Positions 43,618 to 53,895 of a stretch of 64,000 bases of DNA are shown piece by piece. Within the stretch, counting starts at the first letter, position 1, and each line of letters begins with the position of its first letter. Under the pieces are notes generated by a model. That model was not told the DNA's origin. It saw only the letters and a program-made list of their open reading frames with translations, and made no database searches. Source of the stretch: Polymyxa betae A26-41 (taxonomy: Eukaryota; Protista; Endomyxa: Phytomyxea); assembly GCA_003693705.1 (NCBI GenBank), contig RBZT01000753.1:1-64000 (forward strand). The letters run 5' to 3'. Both the position numbers and the translations under genes were made by a program.

Positions 43618-43917
43618 ATGTCTATTAATATAACTGAATATGAGGATATGATATCAAATCATAATTGGATTAGCAGTATAAAAGTAATACATCCAGATGG
43701 GCACATTATAAAAGAAATAAAACCACGATTGGATTTCGATGAAGAATATATAAAAGAACGTGATAAAAAACTTGTTTCAAAGTATATCAAAAAATTAGAA
43801 TATTTCAGTAATCAAAGTTTAGATTTAGATTTATATAATATTCAGATATGTAATTCATTTAGAAAAACATTAATCAAAAATATAATAAACTTACGAATAG
43901 TTATAAATGGGAGTTAA
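43618..43917 (+). CDS. Virus-like hypothetical protein (99 aa), element cargo
   Basis: Intron-less, AT-rich, Ile/Lys/Asn-rich ORF preceded by TTACGTTATT at 43572. Confidence 0.55.
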   Translation: MSINITEYEDMISNHNWISSIKVIHPDGHIIKEIKPRLDFDEEYIKERDKKLVSKYIKKLEYFSNQSLDLDLYNIQICNSFRKTLIKNIINLRIVINGS

Positions 43918-43919
43918 AT

Positions 43920-44099
43920 ATGTACCAAGACACAAGAAAAGAACTTATAGATGAATTACAAAAATTTATAAGAGTTATTAATGAAATTAGAAAAGAAAAT
44001 TATTTAAATGTTCACAAACAAAAATATCAAAATAAGGAAAATGTTAAATTATTAAATTTAAATAATGATATAACAAATTTAATTAAATCATTCTTCTAA
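43920..44099 (+). CDS. Virus-like small protein (59 aa) ending LNNDITNLIKSFF; may be the frameshifted C-terminus of the previous ORF
   Basis: Translated by hand: MYQDTRKELIDELQKFIRVINEIRKENYLNVHKQKYQNKENVKLLNLNNDITNLIKSFF*. Confidence 0.5.
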   Translation: MYQDTRKELIDELQKFIRVINEIRKENYLNVHKQKYQNKENVKLLNLNNDITNLIKSFF

Positions 44100-44250
44100 A
44101 TAAGGAAAACGATGTTTTCAAAAATACAAAAAAACTGAATTTTTGAAAAAATCTTTAAATAAATAAATAGATTATATTACGTTATTCTACATATAGAAAT
44201 AAAACGGGGGGAAATATTTAAAATAAAAAAATACTTCAAAATAATAATTA

Positions 44251-44472
44251 ATGTTTAATAACAAAATTGCTCTTATTTTTGATGTTGGGGTAAATTTCTT
44301 TTTAGTAACCCGAAAGAATGAAGATTATGAAATTTCTGAAACGAGAAATCAGAAAAGACAAATCACACATTCAATTGATAAATCATTAAAAAAATTCTTC
44401 AAACAAGTAGGAGGGGAAATTGAAATTAATGATATTAATAATGCTTGTGATGATATATATATATATTATTAA
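44251..44472 (+). CDS. Virus-like hypothetical protein (73 aa), element cargo
   Basis: ATG ORF preceded by TTACGTTATT at 44177; followed immediately by a 35-aa ORF at 44475-44582. Confidence 0.45.
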   Translation: MFNNKIALIFDVGVNFFLVTRKNEDYEISETRNQKRQITHSIDKSLKKFFKQVGGEIEINDINNACDDIYIYY

Positions 44473-44717
44473 AAATGGGTGATAAGCGTGTAAAAGAAGT
44501 AAAAGATTTTAAATTTGATAATATTCTGATGCCGAAGAGAATACATGTAGCATTACTCCAATTAAAAGAATTCAGTGTTTAGCGAAAAACAAGGAAAAAT
44601 ATATTAATTCTAAAACCTTAATTTTACGTTATTTACGGAAAATATTTAATTGAAAATATTGTGTCATATTTTTGAAAAAATTAATATTGTTAGAAATAAA
44701 AATATTGTATTATTATT

Positions 44718-44788
44718 GTGATTGTAGTTAAATGGTATAATATTGGTTTGTGGCGCCAATGTTCTGGGTTCAATTCCCAGCAATCACA
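44718..44788 (+). tRNA. tRNA-His (anticodon GUG) inside the TIR element
   Basis: Acceptor GTGATTG/CAATCAC, D-stem GTTA/TAAT with TGG loop, anticodon stem TTGGT/GCCAA with loop TT-GTG-GC (44750-44752), T-arm CTGGG-TTCAATT-CCCAG, discriminator A, then TTTT. Confidence 0.92.
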
Positions 44789-44868
44789 TTTTAAATAATT
44801 TTTAGGGAGGTTGTGGTGATTATTGTTATTGTTATTTTGAATTAAATTTGAGTTGAAATAAAATTTTC

Positions 44869-45207
44869 TCAAATTTGTAACATACATATAATTTCATTTT
44901 TAATATCATTAGGCAAATTCATATTTTTCATCTGTTTAGAATAATATTTTTTCTTAAATTGTTTCTGTATTTTGATTATGGAATTCAAGGTGTTATCATA
45001 TATTTTTTGTGTAATTTTATGTTTATGTTTCCAATATGTTATTTTAAAGTTTCGAATGCCAAGATAATCCTCCCATAATCCACCTGCTATACCAAACCAA
45101 TAGTAATCAAATACATAACTCATTATTCGTTTTTCAATACAATTATCTATATCACAATCATCGGGAAAAGACCTTGATTTATGTTTTTGACAAAGATAGA
45201 ACGCCAT
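44869..45207 (-). CDS. Virus-like protein (112 aa) with IQ-like segment and C-terminal LPNDIKNEIICML motif
   Basis: Intron-less ATG ORF; IIKIQKQFKKKYY is IQ-like; the terminal LPxDIxxxI motif is F-box/cullin-box-like. Confidence 0.6.
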   Translation of the reverse strand: MAFYLCQKHKSRSFPDDCDIDNCIEKRIMSYVFDYYWFGIAGGLWEDYLGIRNFKITYWKHKHKITQKIYDNTLNSIIKIQKQFKKKYYSKQMKNMNLPNDIKNEIICMLQI

Positions 45208-45368
45208 TTAATGTAAGTATCTATTTATATTTTAAATATTTAAATTAAAATAATGTATTATAGTAATTATGATAATGAATAAATTAAATACAAATACATA
45301 TATCCTTGAATGACGCCATGGGTTCAATTCTGGGTCCATGAACATTATCCATTTAATTCATGGTGTGT

Positions 45369-45931
45369 CGGTGGGTTTATTTTGATTGATATTTTGATGA
45401 ATACGTGGAAGTGATATAAAATTTTTTTATTCTGTGCGATTTCGCTGATTTTGCCTGGCACGAGCGCTTGCCTGGCACGAGGTCATTTTTGTATGGGAAA
45501 ATGGCATTTTTCGCCGATTTTCGGAATTCTTGCCTGGCATTATAGGGGGGTTGCCTGGCACGAAAGGGGGTTTGCCTGGCACGCTTGCCTGGCACGAAAA
45601 TATAAGGATTATTATAAATAAATATCATAGTAATATATTGTCATTTTTTAAATCTGATTTCAAAAATTACAAATGACGGATTGAGAGGGATTAATCTATG
45701 AGACTGGACGGATTAATCTGTTGTCATTTTTGAAAATTGAATTCAAAAATCACGCCCAGAGTAGAAAACCAGAGTGTCATTTCCAGAACTCAAACCAAAA
45801 AATGACACATTATTAAAAGGTCTTTTAATGCGTCATTTTTGAGAACAAATTCTAAAAATGACACGTTATATGACCCTATAATGTGTCATTTTTTGGTTTG
45901 AGTTCTGAAAATGACACTCTGGTTTTGTACT
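45369..45931 (-). repeat. Right terminal inverted repeat (terminal hairpin 45760-45931)
   Basis: Mirror copy of 43014-43557; the ORF track gives near-identical peptides on opposite strands (43343-43540 + and 45377-45628 -). Confidence 0.93.
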
Positions 45932-47155
45932 AGTTGTTGTTGCTGTCAATCATCAGAAGCTCTACGAAATTCTAAAAAGACAATGGGCATTCTCGATTGC
46001 TCTTGACGCCGGAAATAGCAGCTGGAGCAATTATTTCGACATCCGCATAAGATTCTACGAGCAGAACCAGCTCTTCAACATGCACTTTTTGGCACTCCCG
46101 ATGCACGCAAGGAAGACGACAGAAAATTTGTTTGAAGTGTCCTCAAAGGCATTAGACGTTGTTGCGCCTGAATGGCGAAAGAAGTTGATTGGTATAAGCA
46201 CAGATGGGGAAAATACCATGACTGGACGTTTTCGAGGCGTTGCGACTCGATTTCAGAATGCTGTGGAAGGGAACGATATCTGGCGAGTTTGGTGTGCTCT
46301 CCATCAAGTGGATTTAGTCGTTCAAGAACAATACAAGTGTCTTCTAGATGGAAACTTCTTGGACGTTTTAATCAGTTTAATCGGCTACCTCCGACGACAG
46401 CAAAATCTGATTGCGGAAATGGGTACAACATGCCCAAAACTGATGCTGACCCGCTGGGCGCACATGCATCGATCCACTTAATGGTTTGTTGATCATCGCA
46501 TCTCGGTGCTAGATTATCTAGCTCTAAAAAAGTCTGCATGCACGCCCAGTAATTCATGGTAAATCGATCCCTTTACCGATACAATTTTTTAAATTTCTTT
46601 AGGTGGATTGTTTTGCACGCCTTGAATCGTGTTACAAAAGTTGTTCTCGCGACTGTTACCCGCCTTCAAGGCATGGCGACTTTGATATTACAGCAAAGTC
46701 GACAGATTCAGGAGCTAGGTGTGAAGGTCTGTGAATTGTGCCCAGTGGAAGGCCCTCTTTCTTTTCAAGAAGCTTTGGAAACATCTCAGCATGATTGCGG
46801 TTTTGTTATTGTGGGAGCACACCGTGTGGATGTTAAAGATTCGCAGGCGTTTGTTGAAGACCTTGGCTCTCACGTGATGGAATCCATGCGCCAGTTGCCT
46901 TCTAACGAGGTCCAAGTAATTGCATTGTCCGTTGCCAGATTATTCGCTGGTGTCGTCGATGGTGTGGCTAATGTTGTCTCCGAAAGAGACGCTGCAAATG
47001 ATCCTTCACATCAGAAACTACCACCAGTCACCCCGCCTGAGCTCGTTAAGCTACGAGGATCAGAATTCGGAAATATCATTATCCAAATGAAACCGCGCTT
47101 GAGGCGGAACGGAATGTCTGATGTTGATATCCAGAGGCGGAGGTGACGGTTTTCC

Positions 47156-47944
47156 TCACTCCGGACATAGAGGCGATCTGTCCGGAGTGAGAAAAACCGT
47201 CACCGCGTCAAAATCGATGTCCCTCGTCGAAAGGTATTGTCGAATGCGGTCTATGTCGCCTTGAGAGAATCCGTTCTCGCGCAACAACTTCTCGTTCAAT
47301 TCAATAACGTACAGGTTTATAGGATGTGAATCGCATAACGTCTCCGTGCCCATAAACTCCTCCTGCCTTAACTCGAAGGAATCCTCTTCCAATGCGGCAT
47401 TGGTGTGCTCTTTGTCGAGTAATGTGAGAAGGAGATTCACATTGCGAGTTTCGAGTAAGCACATGACGCTAGGTAACTAGTCGAGTGGAACGTAATCCAG
47501 GAGGAACTTTAGCAGGTGAGTTAGTTGTAATATGGTCACGAGCTTTAGCAGCACATTTGTTCTGATGCAGAAGCGCCAATCAATGATCAAAGTGAGAGTG
47601 TCACCGGATAGGACGGACTTGAGGCAGCGCCTGAGCGCGTTGGAACAGGGTTCCCTAAGGTTAGACGATGAAAGCGCCTGTTCTGCCGAAACCGCTATGG
47701 ACAGGACCTCCTCCACGGACGGGTCCGATTTGTCCCCATTCCATTTCCAGAAATCATCTCGGATTTCAGTCAGGATGGGATTGTCACAGGCCCTTTCGAA
47801 GTCACGCGGTCCATATATAACAGCACCATATGGCGTATCGAAGATAAGAGCAGATCCAACCGCACTCATATCTATAATCCCACCCTGGGTCACTTCACCA
47901 CCAAATCCCAATTCATCCCACTCACACTGTCACACACCGTCCAT
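47156..47944 (-). pseudogene. Intron-less unknown ORF with two in-frame stops
   Basis: ATG at 47944, a TGA four codons later and a TAG at 47477-47479; ORFs 47477-47911 and 47156-47464 share one frame; the 3' end runs into a fold-back hairpin. Confidence 0.5.
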
Positions 47945-48379
47945 CCAAAAGCGATAACGCAAATATCTATATTGCGCAACTAAAAAGATTGCGCAAGTGC
48001 GCAACTTTTCTGAAACATTTTTATCGTGTCTAAATACGGTATATTATTACGTAATTACATGCTAAATTAAAGTTCCCGCTACTGGAAGACAAAATAAACT
48101 GGATACCGCTCTCACTGTTGTAAGGGCAATTGCTCGAAGCAACCTGATCGCCACAGACTTTGATGCCTGGGTCCTCCATAGTCCATATTGGAGGTGAAAG
48201 TGGGACCCCTTTTGGATTAGCACGACAAGCTCTCGACGAATGGATTCCAGATCATTTTGAAGGCGTTCACCCCGAAATCAAGGTTGATCACTATACATTA
48301 GAAGGTTTGAGTAAGTTCGTTTTTCTTCTTGACGATCGCATAACAGCAATGGTGAAGCTTAAAAAGGGGAAATTGATTG

Positions 48380-49270
48380 TCAATGCGCAAGGAATATCCA
48401 TTTGGACAGATGGCAGTTTGCAAAACGAAGACGATGAAGTCTGGCAGGAGCAGCCGCCATTTCAGCTGGCAAATTCCTGCCCACCAGGCCTATACAGAGA
48501 ATTTTATCGGGTGCGTCTCACAGCCAGTAAAACGCTAGACTCGACCCTAAACCCTAACACGACCATATCAGATATTACCCTCTCTGAAGAGCCGACAGAT
48601 GGCCACTATCATTTCCAGTTATAGTGGAAGATACACCTGTCCACAGACTCTCTGTCTTGTATACAGCAGCTCGCTTGCCTACTCTATAAAGTTAGATATG
48701 TTAACGATACAGTGGCAGATTGCGAAGAAAAACTGGCCATACTGGCCCAGAGCAACGAGGTTGAAGTACACTTCGTGTCAAGCCACACTAAACCTCCCAT
48801 TCCAGAAAGTGAACGAATCGACGGGGTTCTCGAAATCCGCAGCATAGAATGGCACCCCATTAAACCACGACCCTTTTGTTCGCCCGTACCGACTCCATTT
48901 CAATAAAGAAGCAAGAGAGAACTTACAATCTCACCTGAACATAACCATCACAACAAGCCACTGTAGAAACTACACTGATCGAAAGCCGTTTATAGATGAT
49001 AGATATTCCGAGAAGATCGGAAACAAGACAAATTCGATTGGACCATGACAACCCCCACCTCAATATGGCCAGAACCGGAATGCAGGGCCAACCTAAGCAG
49101 ATGAGCACTGAGACAGAAAGCGAATGCAGATTTTGTAATCGGAAAAAGAAATTCTCAAACACCTCCTTATGAATTGTTCCCATCTCGAGACATCGTTGTC
49201 ACGCCACCGATCCGCCTACAGAATCCGCAGCAAAACAGACTTTAATACAGCACTATGGAAACAGCCGGCA
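48380..49270 (+). mobile_element. Non-LTR retrotransposon 3' remnant (RNase H + C-terminal zinc knuckle)
   Basis: IWTDGSL...KIHLSTDSLSCIQQL...VEVHFVSSHT...ESERID (RNase H, in frame across a TAG), then RTG...CRFC...E.LKHLLMNC. Confidence 0.75.
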
Positions 49271-49710
49271 CACTCGCCAAATTCTCCCAAGGGTGTAGGC
49301 GTCCGAAATATGATTTGTAGGAGAGCCACGGACTTCGGTCTGGTGGCGCCCACCTTGCCGAATGGCACCATAACTAGTACAATCCAAACCAATCCAATCC
49401 AAGTACGGACAGAAAATAATGCCGATATCTGCTCTAGGTTTGTTCGAGAGCGGGAGCGGTGTCTATTTAATCAGCTCTCGTTGTGAATCGGTTTTCCGCA
49501 TTCGAAGCAGACAGCTCTAAGGTTGTTTTACCTCATGCAGGCGCTCAATGTGGCTTTTGAGATTGTATGGTGTCGCGAACGTCAGACCACACGATTTGAT
49601 GGGGTAGCTCGTCGTGGTTATGATTTCAAACATAGACTATCTGAGGATTCCGTGGCATAATATGTACAAAACGTGAACCTTAGACTCACTAATAATTGAT
49701 TCTCTTATAG

Positions 49711-49875
49711 CTAATTCTCGCTTATAATTTTAATAGGGGAAGCGTCCACCGACCTGGGTTCTATGAATTATAACTAATGTCGCTTATAATTAACACAAAA
49801 CCCGTCCACCGACTCTAAAATTGTATATTCTAACTGATACACGCTTACGATTGATACAAAACCCCTCCACCGACC
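49711..49875. repeat. Three diverged ~41-bp repeats (CTAAT..CGCTTA...TCCACCGAC) at ~60-bp period
   Basis: CGCTTA and TCCACCGAC cores each recur three times, separated by ~20-bp variable segments. Confidence 0.75.
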
Positions 49876-50011
49876 GTATTAATTGTAAGAGAGTACTGTA
49901 TTACCCCTATTATTGTATCAAAAATTGGTATGTCTATCAGAGGCGCAGAATTTTGTTCGCTCAGCTCTGGAGAAATTGCGCACCGCGATTAGGAGAGACG
50001 ACGGGACCCAA

Positions 50012-50191
50012 TAGGGATGGGCGCGGTTCCGGTTTCGGCAGGCCGGCTTGAAAATCAGAACCAGCCGGCTAGCCGGCTAGCCGATTAAAAACCGGCTAAT
50101 GCCGACTAGCCGGTTAGGGTTTTTACGTCCTGGGACCGAGACTTGAGAATCACGGACCGGACCGAACCGGACCGGACCGTGCCCAGGTCTA
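50012..50191. mobile_element. hAT-type MITE or paired ends with CCGG-rich subterminal repeats
   Basis: TAGGGATGGGCGCGGTTCCGG ... CCGGACCGTGCCCAGGTCTA form an imperfect TIR (Ac-like TAGGGATG); AGCCGG/ACCGG arrays; no matching 8-bp TSD. Confidence 0.6.
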
Positions 50192-53100
50192 TTGTAGGTC
50201 TGATCCGGTTGCCGGATCTGCACAACACAGCAGGAACATTGACGTAAAAAAGAACCAGCTTCTGGGACACGCTGCGTTGGTGCGCCATTGAGTAAGTTTC
50301 CCATTTTCAGATAGAACGGTCATTTGGCCAATGCAATGCCGATGGATTCGACGCCGAGATGCCCAGATGCTCAGACCTAGAGCGTTTTACTTCCATATGC
50401 GTGTGACAATGCAGGGATAGAGACCAGAGCAGGAATACTGGCTCCTGGAGAGATCGGGTCTGCCTGTTTCAGTTTGTATTGAATATGCAGGTAATTCCAT
50501 CATATGAATTAGAAGCTATAATGGAACATGAACATAATCGCAATTCTGATAGACTAGGTGTTGGCACTGACCGATGAAGTCGGTGAGCGTGTTGAAGAGA
50601 GCGGATCGGAGCGAACTCGTGACACATGCTGAGGAAGGTGCAAAGAGCACCAGCCGCTTTATCTCGTTTAGCTCATGATCGAATCGGTGTTAGGATCGTC
50701 ATAGATGTCGTGGAAGACGGCGAGCTCACAGCTGGATTCGTCCATGATTTCAGCCATCTCTCTTTACAAGAAGACATCTTAAAAAATGCAACGAAACCGA
50801 TAGCAGAGATCCGTAAAGTGACGGTAGCGAAGAGAGGGAAATTTCTAAGCTGTTATAAGAGCCATAACAGCAGACGATGACTAAACGAAGATGGCCTGGA
50901 TATCCTGCTAAATAGGCAATTAAATCTACATAAGGATTGCAAATAAAGCAACATTTGAAAAGGAGATGAAAATGTGAAAAAATCCGAGCAGAAGCATTAC
51001 AAAACGAAGATAGAAACAAAAACGGGCAAACAAAAGCATAGCAAGGCAAAGGTCACGATTCCAAGCAGCGAGGGTCGGCTTAGGGGAATGCAAAGGCGAA
51101 TCGAGCAACGTTCCCGCCATTTTGTTGCCCAAGACAGAAGAATAGAGCGCTAATGAGCAAAATGGCACAACCGCGTCGATGAAAGCTAAATTGCTTGGCG
51201 TGCGGACATGCAGATCAACTAGTAGAGAACCTTCCCATTGCAAGTATTTAATCACAGTTTCAAATGACGTAACAAGCTAAAGAACAAACTTCTTAAGAAA
51301 CGAGAAAGAGGATCAGAACTGAGAAATCTGAAGCGGATTTTGCAGAAAACAAAAAAATGGTTTCGATACAAGCTTGGCAATACAGCTAATTAAGCTGATG
51401 GAAGAACTTTTAATCAGTGATTGTGATCGGAGTTTAGCAATTCAATGTCGCTCCAGCCCTCTCCACAATATCAGCAATCCTGTTCCCGTCCCATCGATCA
51501 CCATCTGCAGATGATTCTGGCTCGGAGCCCATAACAGCTGAGCTCACGCTCAAAAGACCTGCAGAACTTCCCGTTGCTCTATCAATGTATTACTCGACAT
51601 CTACAAGAACACATTCAATAAACACAAAAAGGTCTCCGGCTATGTGACGCGTCTCAGACCTCGTCCAAGGCGGCTGTCGTCCACACATCCTTTGTGCTTC
51701 TGGCCGAGGATTGCGATTCCTTTGAATTGAAACGCTGATGACGATGTAGGTCGTTGCGAATGTTGATGATGCGCTGGCCGTCCATAATCTGGGAGATGCG
51801 CACGAGATCGTCCACCTTCGAAATTCAGGCCTGCATTTGAAAACAGATAGAATCGCTGTCAGAGCGTCATGGTAATGTAACTTTGGAATAAAAACGGCTT
51901 CCGGAACCCTAAAATTATCGACATTAATAAGGAGCTCTCTATCAAACAACAAACAGAAGGCGCTCTGTTCACAAAACCAAATAAGACTTGTATGACAAAA
52001 ACAAGCTCTCAATACAGAAACAATAGAAGATTCTGAAAAAACAAAGATATGACCATTGTTAGAGATGCAATAGAATGGTCTTTAAGGATGCTACTGAAAA
52101 AGATTTCGAAAAAGTTTATAAAACCCCCTATAGAAAAGAAATCTTTTGTATGGATTATAGAAGTGACGGGAGCTTTGCAGATTGGGCTTTTACAAATTTC
52201 TGCAGCTCTTGAATACATGATTGACGGAACACGAGCCCAAACCAAATGTTGGACGTCAGGGCATGCTGGAAACAGTGGACACGTTGCCAAGGATTTGATC
52301 GCGGCTCGATGACCAGGCCTGGACTCGGAATAGCCATAGTCGTAGAAACAGCGACGAGAACATCCATGATAGAGCATTGCAGAGGCTCTGACCAATTACA
52401 ATGGGACTTATGAGCCAGATGAATACCACCAGAAACGTCACCAATGATCCCAGAAACACAGAAAGAGAAGCAAATTTAAGCGATGTATGATGGCAGAAGC
52501 GCCTTGCGAGGATCCATTCCACAGCGGACGTGATATCACGAAGAGCAGAATAAACCCGATCGCATTCAATCCCAAAACGATGTGCTCGATGGCGTTGTAG
52601 CATCGCGTCAGCTGATATTTGGACACCCAGCCTGCCAATGTATCGTCGGGCTTAGCTCGTAATTGGTCGTTGGTCAGCATCCAATTCCATGCGATCCATC
52701 CAACGTTCACGATGATGCCCTGTAGTACAACGACCCAAGCCAAGCGCTTCAAGCCTGTGAAACTCGGTCTCTCGACCAATCTGGTCGCCGTGTTTGCCAT
52801 GACCGCTTCAGCTTGTGAAATCAAGTCCGAGAGCCCGAGGGTCGTAGCGCAATTCTCGCAGCAGCACCATTAGCTCCGATGGCTCTTGACTGCTCCCAAT
52901 TGCTCCGCTTTAAGTATCCTTGGCCCTAGTTGGGCCCTCTTTATTACGACAAATCGCTTCAACAATGAATGCATCGTGAGACAGGAGAAGTTCGGATACA
53001 CAATCAAGGCCTGTTTAGCATCAGGGGACAATATGACAGTCAAGTGATGGAGCCAATCGTAATGGGCACTCTGCTGGCTATTGTGGTTCTAGGTGCTATT

Positions 53101-53812
53101 GCGACTGTAGGCCCAGCAGGTGTCGGCGCAGCAGCCAAATGGTTTTGCTAGATTAATACAGCTTGCGAATATGGCCATTATTGTAATGGCGCCACGATTC
53201 AGTGCATCGCTAACAGCATTGACAAGCGTTGAGGTCCGTCGCGTTTATTCTGATGGTTCTACTTGGATACGTCTACAGTCTTATTGTAAAGATTCAATAG
53301 GTAGTTGAAAGGGGTGCTCGTGCAATATTTCTTGCTGATAGTGGATGGAGACAATAAATGTTTTCGCGTTTTGTCTGGCTAAACAGGTTCAGCTTCTGAT
53401 GCAGGAGTTTTCAACAACGCGCGATTGCAACAATAAATGAAGTCCGGGTGACAGATTGTGGCTATATAATGTCCCAAGGAGTTGTTCCTTATCAAGGGAA
53501 GAGATCTCAATCATAGCAATGAGCTGGCAACGCCTGCTGGTCAGTTCCCAGTACGGTCGGTTTCCGAGAATATTTTGATTTCGGTATCTACGAGCATGAC
53601 CCAAACTACAGGGACTCTGGTTGCCGTTGGTAGCAAGCCCAGAGCTTGATCAACGCCACTGGTCAATCTATGCGAGGCCTTCTGTGAGAACCACACTGAC
53701 CAATCACCAAATACGACGTGGTTTGCTATAAATAGCCCCATGCGGACGTTTTTCCGAAGTTTGTAACGAGAGAGACGCAGCCCCTGTGTAGGGTCGGAAG
53801 ACGGTAATCAGG

Positions 53813-53860
53813 CCCCATGACCCCGCCGCCCCATGACCCCGCCACCCCATGACCCCGCCG
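53813..53860. repeat. Tandem repeat 3 x 16 bp CCCCATGACCCCGCC(G/A)
   Basis: Three near-perfect copies ending 35 bp upstream of the putative OAT start. Confidence 0.85.
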
Positions 53861-53895
53861 CATCCCACCTGATTCCTCATTAGTCGCTATATACA

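Larger units (their letters stand above)
43014..45931. mobile_element. 2,918-bp non-autonomous TIR element (mini-Polinton/virus-satellite-like) with 6-bp TSD
   Basis: TSD AGTTGT at 43008-43013 and 45932-45937; termini AGT...ACT; ~545-563 bp TIRs; AT-rich intron-less core; the empty site restores the host ORF. Confidence 0.92.
42340..47140 (+). pseudogene. hAT-superfamily transposase, interrupted by the 43014-45931 insertion, with one nonsense codon and a truncated 3' end
   Basis: N-terminal CxFC...H...H zinc finger. Removing the insert restores SQFVKVVVAVNHQKL...WAFSIALD...ISTDG...WCALHQ in one frame. Premature TAA at 46479, intron ~46559-46602; the C-terminal catalytic E/dimerisation region is missing. 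Confidence 0.85.

Noticed and set aside
44690-44887. 65-aa minus-strand ORF
   Set aside because: Antisense to the tRNA-His, with low-complexity Asn runs; probably spurious.
45733-45740. AAAATTGA (mimivirus early promoter motif) in both TIRs
   Set aside because: It points outward, is not upstream of cargo ORFs, and is easily produced by chance in AT-rich DNA.
43009-45936. Academ interpretation (TAG...CTA ends, 4-bp TSD GTTG)
   Set aside because: Formally compatible with the junctions, but the two inner copies of the end sequence are preceded by G rather than T, favouring AG ends with a 6-bp TSD. It is not fully excluded.
49711-49895. CRISPR array
   Set aside because: Only three divergent units, no cas genes, eukaryotic context.
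50300-53750. Assorted ORFs including hydrophobic 52438-52824 and an integrase-like FSRFVW fragment near 53360
   Set aside because: Too fragmented to assign a product or exon structure.
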